Assembly: GCA_016699245.1 (NCBI GenBank) | Contig: CP064968.1 | Span: forward strand, 512,317 to 576,316 | Direction: 5' to 3' | DNA: 64,000 bases | DNA from: Candidatus Kaiserbacteria bacterium | GTDB taxonomy: Bacteria > Patescibacteriota > Minisyncoccia > Phycocordibacterales > UBA918 | In this document: one piece after another, positions 37,101 to 45,678 of the stretch | Layout: every line of letters starts with the position of its first letter | Numbering within the stretch: position 1 is the first letter of the stretch | The notes under the pieces: generated by a model | The model's database searches: none | Told to the model about the DNA's origin: nothing | What the model saw: only the letters and a program-made list of their open reading frames with translations | Made by a program: the position numbers and the translations under genes

Positions 37101-37535
37101 TTGAGGAACACCAACATCCCCAAGTAGTCCGTCGGAAATAATGTCAACAGGCGTTATTTCATCATCGGGCGTTGCCCCTGCGGTCGCATCAGCTCCGTCT
37201 TGACCTTGCGGTGTCGTTTCAGGGGTTTCTTCTGATGGTGATTCTACTGCAACTGGTGATGCTTCAGATGATGGGGTGTTTTCTGTAATCACCGGGTCAG
37301 GAATTATTTCTGGAGGTGTCGTTTCGGTATCAGGTACTCCTCCTGCTGTGCCGTCATTCCCTTCTTGTCCATCTACACCTTGGGATGGAATCTCTATAGT
37401 AGTGGGTTCTACAGGTGGTAGCGTGTCCTCAGCAAAAACAGCGAGCGGAATGAGCGACGAGAGTATTGAGACGATAATTATCGTCGCCAAAAAGCGATTT
37501 AATTTCTCCGCTACTTTAAAATAGTATGCTGACAT
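34155..37535 (-). CDS. Giant (1126 aa) cell-surface protein with beta-helix-like N-x-N repeats, DUF11-like domains, a Gly/Thr low-complexity linker and a Pro-rich C-terminus
   Basis: N-terminal signal anchor. ~5 repeats of the type N.A.I.N...TG.N.A......TG.A.AANV.NVVN.N.I.SN. Two DUF11-like segments (TYTYTVTNHSNTTATNVVIDQVL; DYKITVTNTGGNAYDVEVFDVL). TGSGTGTGTTTGNGTG linker. PAPAPTPAPAPTPEPKP tail. Confidence 0.55.
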   Translation of the reverse strand: MSAYYFKVAEKLNRFLATIIIVSILSSLIPLAVFAEDTLPPVEPTTIEIPSQGVDGQEGNDGTAGGVPDTETTPPEIIPDPVITENTPSSEASPVAVESPSEETPETTPQGQDGADATAGATPDDEITPVDIISDGLLGDVGVPQEEETTGDITQRETFALIETGIATAQGELSTDANSNDIRSELIGPVPNDFDIYTFVATGTNDAIITNDGLTRSTSGDNYARGRSTAEVNTGDSIAAFNIANVVNTNVINSNGFIYLANKILDEGQSLDLTSSFFPDPAQEEALSNTCSLLSCIAEDVVYNVSQMNNATITNNAVVEAVTGYNEAVGISSAEITTGDAYAAANVINVVNSNIIDSNYRLFTYNAIGDLEGDLVLPTGELFDAFFGRANGIAVSEESRQGKYEDFNVRVNNLNDAVVDNNIDAYAETGLNESTTSFASNITTGRAESESNVLNKINENTYGGDSMYMLIRVHGVWSGDVVGLPEGLLWEWTPQGIVIYNADAEITPSEFLSTKDLDAYTANFDNNNRVALENNLSINAITGENDIDALIGSINTGNAFASANVMNIANTNIIGTNWTFAVINILGDFEGNVSFAATDIALTGTVSASDASLGIGDTLTYTYTVTNHSNTTATNVVIDQVLESARTTSNGTTQSKSLGSIEPGQSKQGVLTAIVNSDIPFGTTTVTAYAAVSSDKGDENIADNSLMLSKDAFKPQPAGSGGGGTGSTTSTTTGSGTGTGTTTGNGTGTTTGNGTGTTTDDGTGTTDPVGGGEEGNTDTSTTQTPSQTSPSGGKSGGPKKTKVERAEVKAIDPSKAPHLVIKKDAVNVDEGDVVNAGESVDYKITVTNTGGNAYDVEVFDVLTNPIGSIVAEQSWVLDTILPGEVIKLTYTTEYNENTPSGMYTNTASIKAYLKDGMKEAKKAPLKIKDAVYTIQVKGLDLAVGNVSVLAYFPGANGTVSALATWETSKPSLSQVFYGVAQAVSPYNQSALNMGYPYASFKFPTVRPKHVMIITNLQPGRTYAYRIHAQSDTFVTTSREYTFTVPSTILKLTLAFPTNANPAVAGASITAPVPAPVAPKPKYVPPAPAPTPAPAPTPEPKPTAQAPAEQKQGGVAGFVKNVFGFFR

Positions 37536-38037
37536 AGGTAATTAACATTAACTGCAATGAAAAAAGTGCCTCCGAAAACTTCGAAAATACACTTTGAGAT
37601 GCATCTTCACTCGTCGTATTTTGGAAGTTTTCAAGAACCAAAGTTTCGGTAGTCGTGGTTGTGTGTGTTGCAAAAACAAAAGACGAGTCAGCGGGTGAAG
37701 ATTGAGTTTTTTGAATATCTAAAACTGGTACTTCATCCACAGTAGATTCGATGATACTTGAAGCATGGTTTATATTGTTTTTGGTAACAATACTGCCTGA
37801 TGTTCCTGGTGCACCATCTGTCCCAGGTTTTCCATCTTCACCATCTTGGCCACTTTGGCCATCTTCACCATCTTGACCCCTTTGGTGTATCCCGCCAGTG
37901 TTCTCACTTGTATACACGACGTTTGTAATGAGGTGTGCATCATCTGCACATACACGTTCTGTCGCAACTGTACTAAAAACAGCCACAATTGCAAGCACGA
38001 CAAATATTTGTTTGTAATTTCTCACTGATTGCATCAT
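37516..38037 (-). CDS. Small secreted collagen-like (G-x-x) repeat protein
   Basis: Signal peptide (IFVVLAIVAVFSTVATERVCA). Motif DDAHLITNVVYTSENTGGIHQRG is followed by the G-x-x tract GQDGEDGQSGQDGEDGKPGTDGAPGTSG. The N-terminal motif is shared with the neighbouring genes. Confidence 0.5.
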   Translation of the reverse strand: MMQSVRNYKQIFVVLAIVAVFSTVATERVCADDAHLITNVVYTSENTGGIHQRGQDGEDGQSGQDGEDGKPGTDGAPGTSGSIVTKNNINHASSIIESTVDEVPVLDIQKTQSSPADSSFVFATHTTTTTETLVLENFQNTTSEDASQSVFSKFSEALFSLQLMLITYVSILF

Positions 38038-38119
38038 CCCTCTATAAAGTCAGAATACATTTCCGACTTTACGAGAGGGCCCCTTTGTGAAAAGGGGTTC
38101 TCCTCTCAGTCAGTCACAA

Positions 38120-39232
38120 TTATTGACGAACAACTCGAGTAGTGTTTCGGTTTACAATGTTTGTAACCGTACTCCATGAGTCAGCCTTTCCAGTGCGAAC
38201 AGCTCCGCCGTTACCTCCAGCGTCGCCATTACCACCTGAGCCTCCTACACCAGTGTTTCCACCAGCTGCTCCAGCTCCACTAGTACCGCCGTTACCAGCA
38301 GCTCCGGTGTTTCCACCGTTGCCACCTGTTCCGCCGTTACCAGCAAGTTGTGTTCCATCAACTTCATGTGGTGCTTGTGAGGTAGCGTCTCCGCCATTGC
38401 CTCCTTCTGCACCATCACCAGCTGAACCTGAAGTTCCGCCCTGTGAGTTATTTTGACTTGATCCACCGTCTCCAGCGCCACATTCGCAGTCGTTACTGCC
38501 GCCGTTTCCGCCGTCATTACCGTTGCCTCCTTCTCCGCCTTCTGAATCATTGTTACCTGAATCAGAAGTTGCTACGCCCATATTGAGAAGAGCAACTTGG
38601 TTGAGGTCAGTTACGATTGCTGCAGTTTCATCAAGATCAGATTCGCTTCCATCGCGGATTACTTCTGTATCGCTGTTGTTTACATCGTTAGCGATGTCTG
38701 AAGTTGAGATAGCGTCACCCGATGTGATGTCGCCACCGTTTCCTCCAACTGCTCCATCACCACCGTGTCCACCAGCTCCTGTTGAGCCACCTGCTCCACC
38801 GTTTCCAGAGTTACCTCCGTTTCCAGCAGCTCCTGAAGTGCCTCCAGTTCCGCCATTTCCACCCTGTCCGCCCATTTGAAGAGCGTCAACACCGTCAACG
38901 TCTCCGTTCGCATCTCCTCCGTTACCTGCGTTTCCAGCATCTCCAGCTGATCCAGTGTTTCCACCGTCTCCGTTGTTTATGCTTGATCCGCCAGTTCCCG
39001 CATTGTCGCCTCCGTTACCACCTTCTCCACCACGTCCACCTCGAGCTCCTCGTGAAGAGTTTCCTCCGGTGTTTGATGAAGCGATTGAAACGTTAGCGAT
39101 CATTGCTGAATTAGCATTTGTTACCATAACAAGATCGTTTTCGTACGCTTGTGCTGGCGCAATAGCCACAAGTCCAAGAGCGAGTGCTGCAAGAGAGATT
39201 GCTGCTGTTGATTTATACATTACTGATGTCAT
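38120..39232 (-). CDS. Secreted glycine-rich (GGNGG-repeat) protein
   Basis: Signal peptide (AAISLAALALGLVAIAPAQA-YE). NDLVMVTNANSAMIANVSIASSNTGGNSSRG motif then ~300 aa of GGNGG/GTGG repeats with interspersed acidic segments. Opposite-strand ORFs here are repeat artefacts. Confidence 0.5.
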   Translation of the reverse strand: MTSVMYKSTAAISLAALALGLVAIAPAQAYENDLVMVTNANSAMIANVSIASSNTGGNSSRGARGGRGGEGGNGGDNAGTGGSSINNGDGGNTGSAGDAGNAGNGGDANGDVDGVDALQMGGQGGNGGTGGTSGAAGNGGNSGNGGAGGSTGAGGHGGDGAVGGNGGDITSGDAISTSDIANDVNNSDTEVIRDGSESDLDETAAIVTDLNQVALLNMGVATSDSGNNDSEGGEGGNGNDGGNGGSNDCECGAGDGGSSQNNSQGGTSGSAGDGAEGGNGGDATSQAPHEVDGTQLAGNGGTGGNGGNTGAAGNGGTSGAGAAGGNTGVGGSGGNGDAGGNGGAVRTGKADSWSTVTNIVNRNTTRVVRQ

Positions 39233-39838
39233 AACTATATTTATTTAACGTTAAATAATTTAATAAGAAATTTACTCCCTCTCCCATTCAGAGAGAAAAG
39301 AGACGCTCCTTGTTTCGACCATGGTCGGGTATGTAGCACATACCCATATGATGAAATCTGTCGTGCAGACATCATCGTATGGATACACGAAGTGTCACGA
39401 ACACAAATAACTCCTTTGCTGAGAACAACAAAAAAATCGGTTACTTTTAAAGTAAGTTTTCCATTGGTAAGCGCTATAAACGCGATGTGGAAACTGCATA
39501 GTAAATAGTACCTTGCTTAGTATGGTTCCCACGCCAGACCAGATTTTGGTGTCTATATTTTATGCTTCTTTTTGATATCGTCAATTTTTTACACATTCCA
39601 GAACGATAAAGAAACTACGTCAATCTTTCCACTATGCACAGAGTACCGAATATTTCATACTCTGATAATTACTTATTGCTATACTAGTTATACGAAACAA
39701 AAATAAGCCCTCTGATGAACCGACATTCTGTGGGAACAATCTCCTTATAACGGGAGATTGGTAGAAGTCGGTTCATCAGAAGGCTTATTACGCGTCTGGA
39801 TAAAGCAATATAGGCGAAAAAACGCAGAAGTCAAGGAA

Positions 39839-39973
39839 TAAAGAACCACCCCACTTCAGAGGAGTGGGGTCAGGGGTTCTTTGCTCGCAGAGGATTCGGC
39901 TCCGCCGAAGCGCTATATATGTCCATGCATCCACGGGGCACAGCCTCGTATCATTCTGGACGAACGAGTAGAA
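39839..39973 (+). repeat. Structured intergenic repeat element, copy B (see 7447-7625)
   Basis: Hairpin aaagaacc-accccac-ttcagagga-gtggggt-caggggttcttt followed by gctcgcagaggattcggctccgccgaagcgctatatatgtccatgcatccacgggg...cattctggacgaacgagta. Same orientation as copy A. Confidence 0.5.
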
Positions 39974-39978
39974 ATATT

Positions 39979-40383
39979 TTATTTTTCTGTTGTTGTGCCT
40001 TCAAAGTCTTCTTCATGACTCTCCGCATACTCCTTTGTAGGATGTATGGTGCCATCCATATGGTGGGGTGGCGTGTAGATGGTGTACATCGTTAGAGGAT
40101 TTTCGGAAGAAATATTGATGATATTGTGCTTGGCGCCCTTGGGCACAATGACACAATCTCCATCACTCACGTGATGCTCGGTTTCATTAACCACCACTTT
40201 TCCCTCACCTGACTCAAAGCGAAAAAATTGATCATTCTCGTGATGGGTCTCCATACCAATCTCTTCCAGAGGAGCGAGTGTCATAAGGACCAACTGAAGC
40301 GACTCTGCTGTATAGAGTACGCGCCGAAAATCTGTGTTTTCTTCGGTGAGTCTTTCGATGTGTGCATGATATCCTTTTTTCAT
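39979..40383 (-). CDS. Cupin-domain protein
   Basis: 134 aa with a cupin-like two-motif pattern (METHHENDQFFRFESGEG...VSDGDCVIVPKGAKHNIINIS). Confidence 0.65.
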   Translation of the reverse strand: MKKGYHAHIERLTEENTDFRRVLYTAESLQLVLMTLAPLEEIGMETHHENDQFFRFESGEGKVVVNETEHHVSDGDCVIVPKGAKHNIINISSENPLTMYTIYTPPHHMDGTIHPTKEYAESHEEDFEGTTTEK

Positions 40384-40393
40384 ATTATAAAAA

Positions 40394-40816
40394 CTATTTA
40401 ATAAAGACGGTCACGAGCACGCCTGCGGTCACCAAGGTACCGCCAAGCACATTACCCAGTGTAGGCTTTTCTGCGAGAAACACAAACGCGAGAATAATCG
40501 TAAGTGCAATGGAGATTTTATCAATAGGAGCCACGCGGGATACCTCACCGAGTTGCAGGGCTTTGTAATAAAAAAGCCATGAAGCGCCGGTCGCGAGTGC
40601 AGAGAGAAAAATGAAAATATATGAGTACTTTGATATTTTAAACACATCAGACCAGTTACCTTGGATGAGCACAATGCCCCACGCAAACACCACAATGACG
40701 ACGGTGCGGAGTGCAACAGCGAGATTGCTATCAACACCCTTGATACCAATTTTCCCAAAGATGGCGACAAGTGATGCAAAAAATGCCGAAAGTACTGCGT
40801 ATATTGCCCAATTCAT
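40394..40816 (-). CDS. EamA-like (DMT superfamily) small transporter, single 4-TM EamA domain
   Basis: 140 aa, four TM helices, EamA-like pattern (AIYAVLSAFFASLVAIFGKIG...VAPIDKISIALTIILAFVFLAEKPT). Confidence 0.7.
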   Translation of the reverse strand: MNWAIYAVLSAFFASLVAIFGKIGIKGVDSNLAVALRTVVIVVFAWGIVLIQGNWSDVFKISKYSYIFIFLSALATGASWLFYYKALQLGEVSRVAPIDKISIALTIILAFVFLAEKPTLGNVLGGTLVTAGVLVTVFIK

Positions 40817-40830
40817 ATTTTCTTATTATT

Positions 40831-41025
40831 TTATATCGGATACATACCTCCCAGAGTACTCATGAGGATGGGGAGAGTAATGACTGCAATAATAATCGGC
40901 AATACAATAGTAACCACGGTAATAATAACCATCGTGAGCAGATACTTGCGACTCTTTTCGACTGATGCATACACGGCATCTATTTTATCTTCGAGACGCG
41001 CCAACTCTGTTTCATTTGATTCCAT
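40831..41025 (-). CDS. Hypothetical small membrane protein (64 aa)
   Basis: N-terminal amphipathic helix (ELARLEDKIDAVYASVEKSRK) and one TM (LLTMVIITVVTIVLPIIIAVITLPIL). Tightly spaced upstream of the EamA gene. Confidence 0.3.
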   Translation of the reverse strand: MESNETELARLEDKIDAVYASVEKSRKYLLTMVIITVVTIVLPIIIAVITLPILMSTLGGMYPI

Positions 41026-41069
41026 AGCAAAATGGTATCACACTTATGAAGCAATGTTTGAAACAAAAG

Positions 41070-41816
41070 TTATTTTCTTAAAATCACATTTGGAGTGTCT
41101 CCATAGGGGTCAGACCAAAATTCGAGTGAGGACCACGGAGTACCCGCGACCATGTCACGAATTGCATCATTATGATCTATGTCCGCTTCCATGTAGAGCG
41201 TCCCTCCCGGATTAAGATAATTCCAGGCTTCGCGAATGAGGATTCGCTGAAACTCGTGCCCATCATCGTGTGCAAAAAATGCAAGGTGTGGCTCATAGTC
41301 TCTCATTTCTGCATCAAGTTCAGGAAGTGCGCTATGGGGTATGTATGGCGGAATTGCAAAGAGTGCATCGTAGGTACCCGTAAGTCCTTCAAGTGCTGAT
41401 GCGGTAATAACGCGCGCACGACTCTCTTCGATATTATTCTTTTTAAGATTGAGTTCTATCTGTGCCTTAAGTGCAGGATCAAGTTCACAGATATCGACAG
41501 TTGCGTTCGGAAGATTCGTGAGAAGTGCAAGCCCCACATTCCCTGCTCCAGAAAAAGTGTCTGCGAGGCGCAGTGTGCCTTCTTTTTGTCTTAATTCTTC
41601 GATGGCCCTTTGTATCCAAAAGGCGCTCTCCGGACGAGGAATCATGGGATGAAATGAAAGGTCGATGTGTGCACCGAGGAAGTCGACATACCCGAGCACG
41701 TACTCATATGGCTCACCTTTCTCAAGGCGCAGACAATCAGATTCGTACGCAGGTGATGACACGCCCCCATACTTCTCATGGAATAATTTTTGTTTTTGTA
41801 CTTCGAGGTATGTCAT
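41070..41816 (-). CDS. prmC: Release-factor glutamine N5-methyltransferase PrmC/HemK-family
   Basis: EYVLGYVDFLGAHIDLSFHPMIPRPESAFWIQ (the PRPETE region of PrmC), SAM-binding ADTFSGAGNVGLAL, and the catalytic AIPPYIP (NPPY-type). Confidence 0.75.
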   Translation of the reverse strand: MTYLEVQKQKLFHEKYGGVSSPAYESDCLRLEKGEPYEYVLGYVDFLGAHIDLSFHPMIPRPESAFWIQRAIEELRQKEGTLRLADTFSGAGNVGLALLTNLPNATVDICELDPALKAQIELNLKKNNIEESRARVITASALEGLTGTYDALFAIPPYIPHSALPELDAEMRDYEPHLAFFAHDDGHEFQRILIREAWNYLNPGGTLYMEADIDHNDAIRDMVAGTPWSSLEFWSDPYGDTPNVILRK

Positions 41817-42316
41817 AAAAATAGAAGAGTGTCACGTAGTGACACTCTCTGGAGGGTTTCGGTTTATGACCTGAACACAATAACAAATCACCGTTCTCCA
41901 ATCCTTGCCGTGTTTTTAAGCGAGGCCTGCATTACGCATGATGCGTCTCCTTATATCCCCACACGAGTCTGTGTGTACGTGTACTGTATCAAATCTAAGG
42001 GTACGATTCAAGAAAGGTCACTCCATTTCCAAGAGCCTATCCAATGACCCCAGATACGAGGCATCGAGGACTGAAAACGTGAGGCGTGAGAATGTGCACA
42101 AAGCACATTCGCAAGACTCATTGAGGGCTTTTGTGAATGAAATGAAACAAAAGACCCAATGAGTGGACAGTTCCTGTAAGGAATTTAATGTACGTTTTGA
42201 AGGACTCATTCGTCGCAGTTTCTTCCGTGGGGAAGAAACTGCGACAGACTCGGAACGTATTGTCGCTACGCTCTGTACGTTCCGGCCACGAAGTAGGTGG
42301 GGTTAGTGGGTAGGCT

Positions 42317-43210
42317 CTAGGGCATTTCACGAAGAATCTTAATCCGATCCTCTGCGGGTGGGTGTGTCTGAAAAAGGCCTCCAATTTTTTGACCCATAGT
42401 CTTTTCACCACTTCCATAAGGGTCTGAGATGAAGAGATGCGCTGTCGCATGACTCACGCGCTCCATCGGCCTACCGTAACTCGAGATCTTCTCCAGTGCT
42501 GATGCAAGCCCTTCAGGGTACCGTGTGAGAAGCGCCCCCGATGCGTCGGCAAGATACTCACGCTTCCGAGAAATTGCGAGTTTTATAAGTTGCGCTGCAA
42601 TAGGGACAAGAATGATGCCTGCGATACCAATAATAAGAAAGATAGGGCTCTTTTGTCTGTCTCCGCCACCTCCATGAATGAGCGCACGAGAAAGAAAGTC
42701 TGCGAGCATTGCAAGGAAACCAGCAAGTACCACCGCAACCGTCATTACGAGCATATCTCTGTTCCCCACATGCGAGAGTTCATGTGCCATCACTCCCTCA
42801 AGTTCCGTCCTACTCAACATCGAAAGGAGGCCGGTAGTCGCTGCAACCACCGCATGTTCGGGGTCGCGCCCCGTAGCAAACGCATTGGGTGCTGGGTCGT
42901 CTACCACAAACACTTTTGGCATCGGAAGCCCTGCGGTAATAGAGAGATTTTCAACCACATTAAAGAGATCAGGAAATTCAGCATGTGTCGCTTCCCTGGC
43001 GCCCGTCATGCTAAGTACTATCTTATCTGAAAACCAGTAGCTCCCCACGTTCATGAGAAGTGCGAAAATAATTGCGATGTAGAGAAATGCAGACGAGCCC
43101 ATATACCAACTCACCGCGTACCCTACTGCAATGACAAGCACAAGAAACACCGTCATCAACATCCATGTCTTACGTAGGTTTTCACCTTGATGTGTATACA
43201 GTGTTGCCAT
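42317..43210 (-). CDS. htpX: M48-family zinc metalloprotease HtpX
   Basis: HELSHVGNRD (HExxH), GVMAHE, four TM segments and an HtpX-like layout. Likely start MATLYTHQGEN at 43210 rather than the ORF-track start at 43294. Confidence 0.85.
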   Translation of the reverse strand: MATLYTHQGENLRKTWMLMTVFLVLVIAVGYAVSWYMGSSAFLYIAIIFALLMNVGSYWFSDKIVLSMTGAREATHAEFPDLFNVVENLSITAGLPMPKVFVVDDPAPNAFATGRDPEHAVVAATTGLLSMLSRTELEGVMAHELSHVGNRDMLVMTVAVVLAGFLAMLADFLSRALIHGGGGDRQKSPIFLIIGIAGIILVPIAAQLIKLAISRKREYLADASGALLTRYPEGLASALEKISSYGRPMERVSHATAHLFISDPYGSGEKTMGQKIGGLFQTHPPAEDRIKILREMP

Positions 43211-43366
43211 AAAAAATGAATTACATGTCCAATACAAATACTGATGGACACTTCTATAGTACCGAAGAAATGGGTGCACGTAAATATTGCTCAAGATAAT
43301 ACTCTTGTGCTACAAGGCAAAAAAAGGTCGCCTCGTGAGCGACCGGACCCTTGTGGGACTAGATGG

Positions 43367-43543
43367 AGCTAGTTGTTACCAAGAACTGCTACACCAGCAG
43401 ATTCTTTACTCGTTTTTACTCCTATTTCGGCGCGTATACGCAACGCTTCGAAGGAAATTTGGCGATTTGTAATTTTTGCATCATCCGACATGAAATCGAA
43501 TTCTGTTTGAACTGGCACTCTCTCAAGTTCTTCTGTACTCATG
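43367..43543 (-). CDS. Small hypothetical protein (58 aa) with a strong RBS
   Basis: MSTEELERVPVQTEFDFMSDDAKITNRQISFEALRIRAEIGVKTSKESAGVAVLGNN, preceded by AGGAGTGAAAC-ATG. It falls below the 60-aa cut-off of the supplied ORF track. Confidence 0.4.
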
Positions 43544-43647
43544 TTTCACTCCTGTAAAATGGAACCATAAGTTTACTCCTTGTCATTCAGGGAGTCAAAA
43601 AATATCTGCCAGAGAAAAAATATAGGGGCTCTGCCTTTGGCGATTTT

Positions 43648-43732
43648 GGGGGGGGGGGGGTATAGTGTTTTTTTGGGGTGGGGTGGGGTTTCCCCCTTCT
43701 TGGGGGGGGGGGGGGGAGGGGGGGAAAAAAAA
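43648..43732. repeat. Poly-G homopolymer / low-complexity tract
   Basis: G13 at 43648-43660, G15 at 43702-43716, G7 at 43718-43724, then A8. Flanked by direct repeats gggctctgcc at ~43626 and ~43732. Confidence 0.6.
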
Positions 43733-43784
43733 GGGCTCTGCCCGTTATTTTTCGGTTCTCTTACAGAGACTGTTCAGGTTGTAT

Positions 43785-43820
43785 GACAAAATCCTTCAGA
43801 AAATTTCTGAAGGATTTTGT
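43785..43820. terminator. Perfect 36-bp palindrome (bidirectional terminator-like) downstream of the DUF2207 gene
   Basis: gacaaaatccttcagaaa|tttctgaaggattttgtc. Confidence 0.5.
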
Positions 43821-43908
43821 CGACAACCTCTTGCGCGACCAAATTTTCAGGGAGTGTAACGACCATGAAAATTGAAGTACTCCTGTGGTGAAAGCGCCCC
43901 GCGCTTTC

Positions 43909-45645
43909 TCACCAACTCCCTCCACCGCCTCCGCCGCTTCCACCTCCTGAAGAGCCGCCGCCGCTTGAGGCACTTGAGCCGGAGGCGCTGGCGAAGGCGG
44001 TGGAAAAACCTCCAAGACTCTGCGTAAGCGCTACAGAATTAAAAGTACCTACACTATTTCCCCCGTCATACCATGAAGGGTTCGGGATAGTGATTTTCTC
44101 AAAAGTCTTTGCCCACTCTTTTTCTACACCAAAGGCAATCGCATACGGCAAATACTCCATGAATTGATCTGCATTGATACCGGGTGCATTATGGAAAATA
44201 AATCTCTGTGAGTCAGTAACACGAAGAAAATCTTTAAATCCTTTAAGGTGGTCAAGTGCTTCATATCCTTTTTTAGTGCGTCTTCCGTCAATAAGCACAA
44301 CAAACACAATGAGCATGAAAACCGCAGTAGCAATAAATAAGTCACGGGAAATCAACGAAGCGAGTACACACGACACAATTCCCGTCACTGCCCATATCCT
44401 GCCACCCATAGAAACAAAACTGAATCCGGTATAAAAACCCTGTGCTTTCATGTCTTTACGTAACCCCTCGGTCATACTGCGAATAATACCTCTATTACGC
44501 GTCTGCACAGAAATGTTATTTTTCAAATCACTCAAGGTAACTATAGTTCCAACTTCTGCTCCATCACCAAAGATGAGTGCAAGGAGTTCTGATTCAAAAT
44601 TATGAAGAACTGCATCGGCATCAGTCTTCGGTTGAGTACGGGTAAATGCAAAATCATCGACTTCAAAGAAAAAGAGGACTTTTGATTCAGTTTTTTTGAT
44701 AGTCAAATAGCCCTGCTCTGCGAGATATACAATACCTGCGGTTATATCGCGTGGGTCGAGAATCTTATCAAAGAGGTACCCTGCGTACATCGGCTTTACT
44801 CCTGGATATGGCTCATACTGGGGTATGATCGGTGCGTCTGTTTTTTCCTTCGTTTTATATCGATAGAGTCCGATTCCAAAACCACATGCGACAACCCCTA
44901 CAAAAGCAAGTATTTTCCACAATATGCCATACCGTTCTCGTACATCTATAGGAAGATTCGCACGATTGAGTGCTTGTGCGACCGTTATCCCTTCCCCAGG
45001 AAAAAGATTCCGTGCAGTAAAGATAGGTTCGCCGTCAACGCTTGTACGCATTTCACATGAAGAGTCATCGCCCGTCACTCCACGGTAACATGCACGCTCG
45101 CGCAAGAGGAGTCCCTCGGTACCTCGGATATATACCTCTACCAAATCTATGGGTACTTCCCAATCATTTCCGGTTGCGTTCCAATACAGTTCAGCACCAC
45201 CATACTCAAGATATGACAGTCCTCCACTCACTACATAGTGTATTGTGTACACATGTTTACCATCGATAGTTGTATCAGGATCTCCAATGCGTACACAGGT
45301 ATTTTTTCCATCTCGTTCACGTGTATATGGTACATCTGTTCCATCCATCGATACCGATTCAAAGGTGACGTCTATGTATCGTTCTTGTAATAGTGACGCT
45401 GGTTGCTCTGCGTGAAGTGTAGGGACACAGCGATATATGCCGTGCTTCTCATCGGGAAAATTATACGTAATATGCTCGGTCACCCACACATCGGCGTTTT
45501 GCTGTACTTCAATATCTACCACAAAAGACTCAATGCGTTCTAACGACTGCGCATGAAGGAGTATCGGTATTACGCATACAAAAAGCATACCCGCAAGAAC
45601 TGCGAATATGCTCTTTATTACTTTTGGTGCACACGTATATAACAT
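43909..45645 (-). CDS. DUF2207-like membrane protein (extracellular beta-rich domain, TM segments, Gly/Ser-rich C-terminal tail)
   Basis: Signal peptide. ~250-aa ectodomain, TM helices (ILAFVGVVACGFGIGLY; IWAVTGIVSCVLASLI; IATAVFMLIVFVVLI), and a C-terminal SGSSASSGGGSSGGGSGGGGGGSW tail typical of DUF2207. Confidence 0.6.
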   Translation of the reverse strand: MLYTCAPKVIKSIFAVLAGMLFVCVIPILLHAQSLERIESFVVDIEVQQNADVWVTEHITYNFPDEKHGIYRCVPTLHAEQPASLLQERYIDVTFESVSMDGTDVPYTRERDGKNTCVRIGDPDTTIDGKHVYTIHYVVSGGLSYLEYGGAELYWNATGNDWEVPIDLVEVYIRGTEGLLLRERACYRGVTGDDSSCEMRTSVDGEPIFTARNLFPGEGITVAQALNRANLPIDVRERYGILWKILAFVGVVACGFGIGLYRYKTKEKTDAPIIPQYEPYPGVKPMYAGYLFDKILDPRDITAGIVYLAEQGYLTIKKTESKVLFFFEVDDFAFTRTQPKTDADAVLHNFESELLALIFGDGAEVGTIVTLSDLKNNISVQTRNRGIIRSMTEGLRKDMKAQGFYTGFSFVSMGGRIWAVTGIVSCVLASLISRDLFIATAVFMLIVFVVLIDGRRTKKGYEALDHLKGFKDFLRVTDSQRFIFHNAPGINADQFMEYLPYAIAFGVEKEWAKTFEKITIPNPSWYDGGNSVGTFNSVALTQSLGGFSTAFASASGSSASSGGGSSGGGSGGGGGGSW

Positions 45646-45678
45646 TTCGTATATGCACTACATCATTTCACTTATCCC

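Noticed and set aside
38142-39248. Multiple plus-strand ORFs (Pro/Ala-rich, 38142-38456, 38523-38879, 38782-39096, 38955-39248) opposite the Gly-rich protein gene
   Set aside because: They are antisense artefacts of the GGNGG-encoding repeats. The minus-strand ORF has a proper signal peptide and a single continuous 370-aa frame.
40771-40965. Plus-strand 64-aa ORF overlapping the minus-strand small membrane protein call
   Set aside because: Overlaps the EamA gene start region in antisense and has a His/Asn-rich low-complexity composition. The minus-strand ORF has a more protein-like helix-plus-TM layout, though it is itself low confidence.
43580-43875. Three overlapping plus-strand ORFs (43580-43786, 43665-43859, 43678-43875) translating as poly-Gly/Trp
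   Set aside because: They are translations of the poly-G homopolymer block in three frames, not genes.
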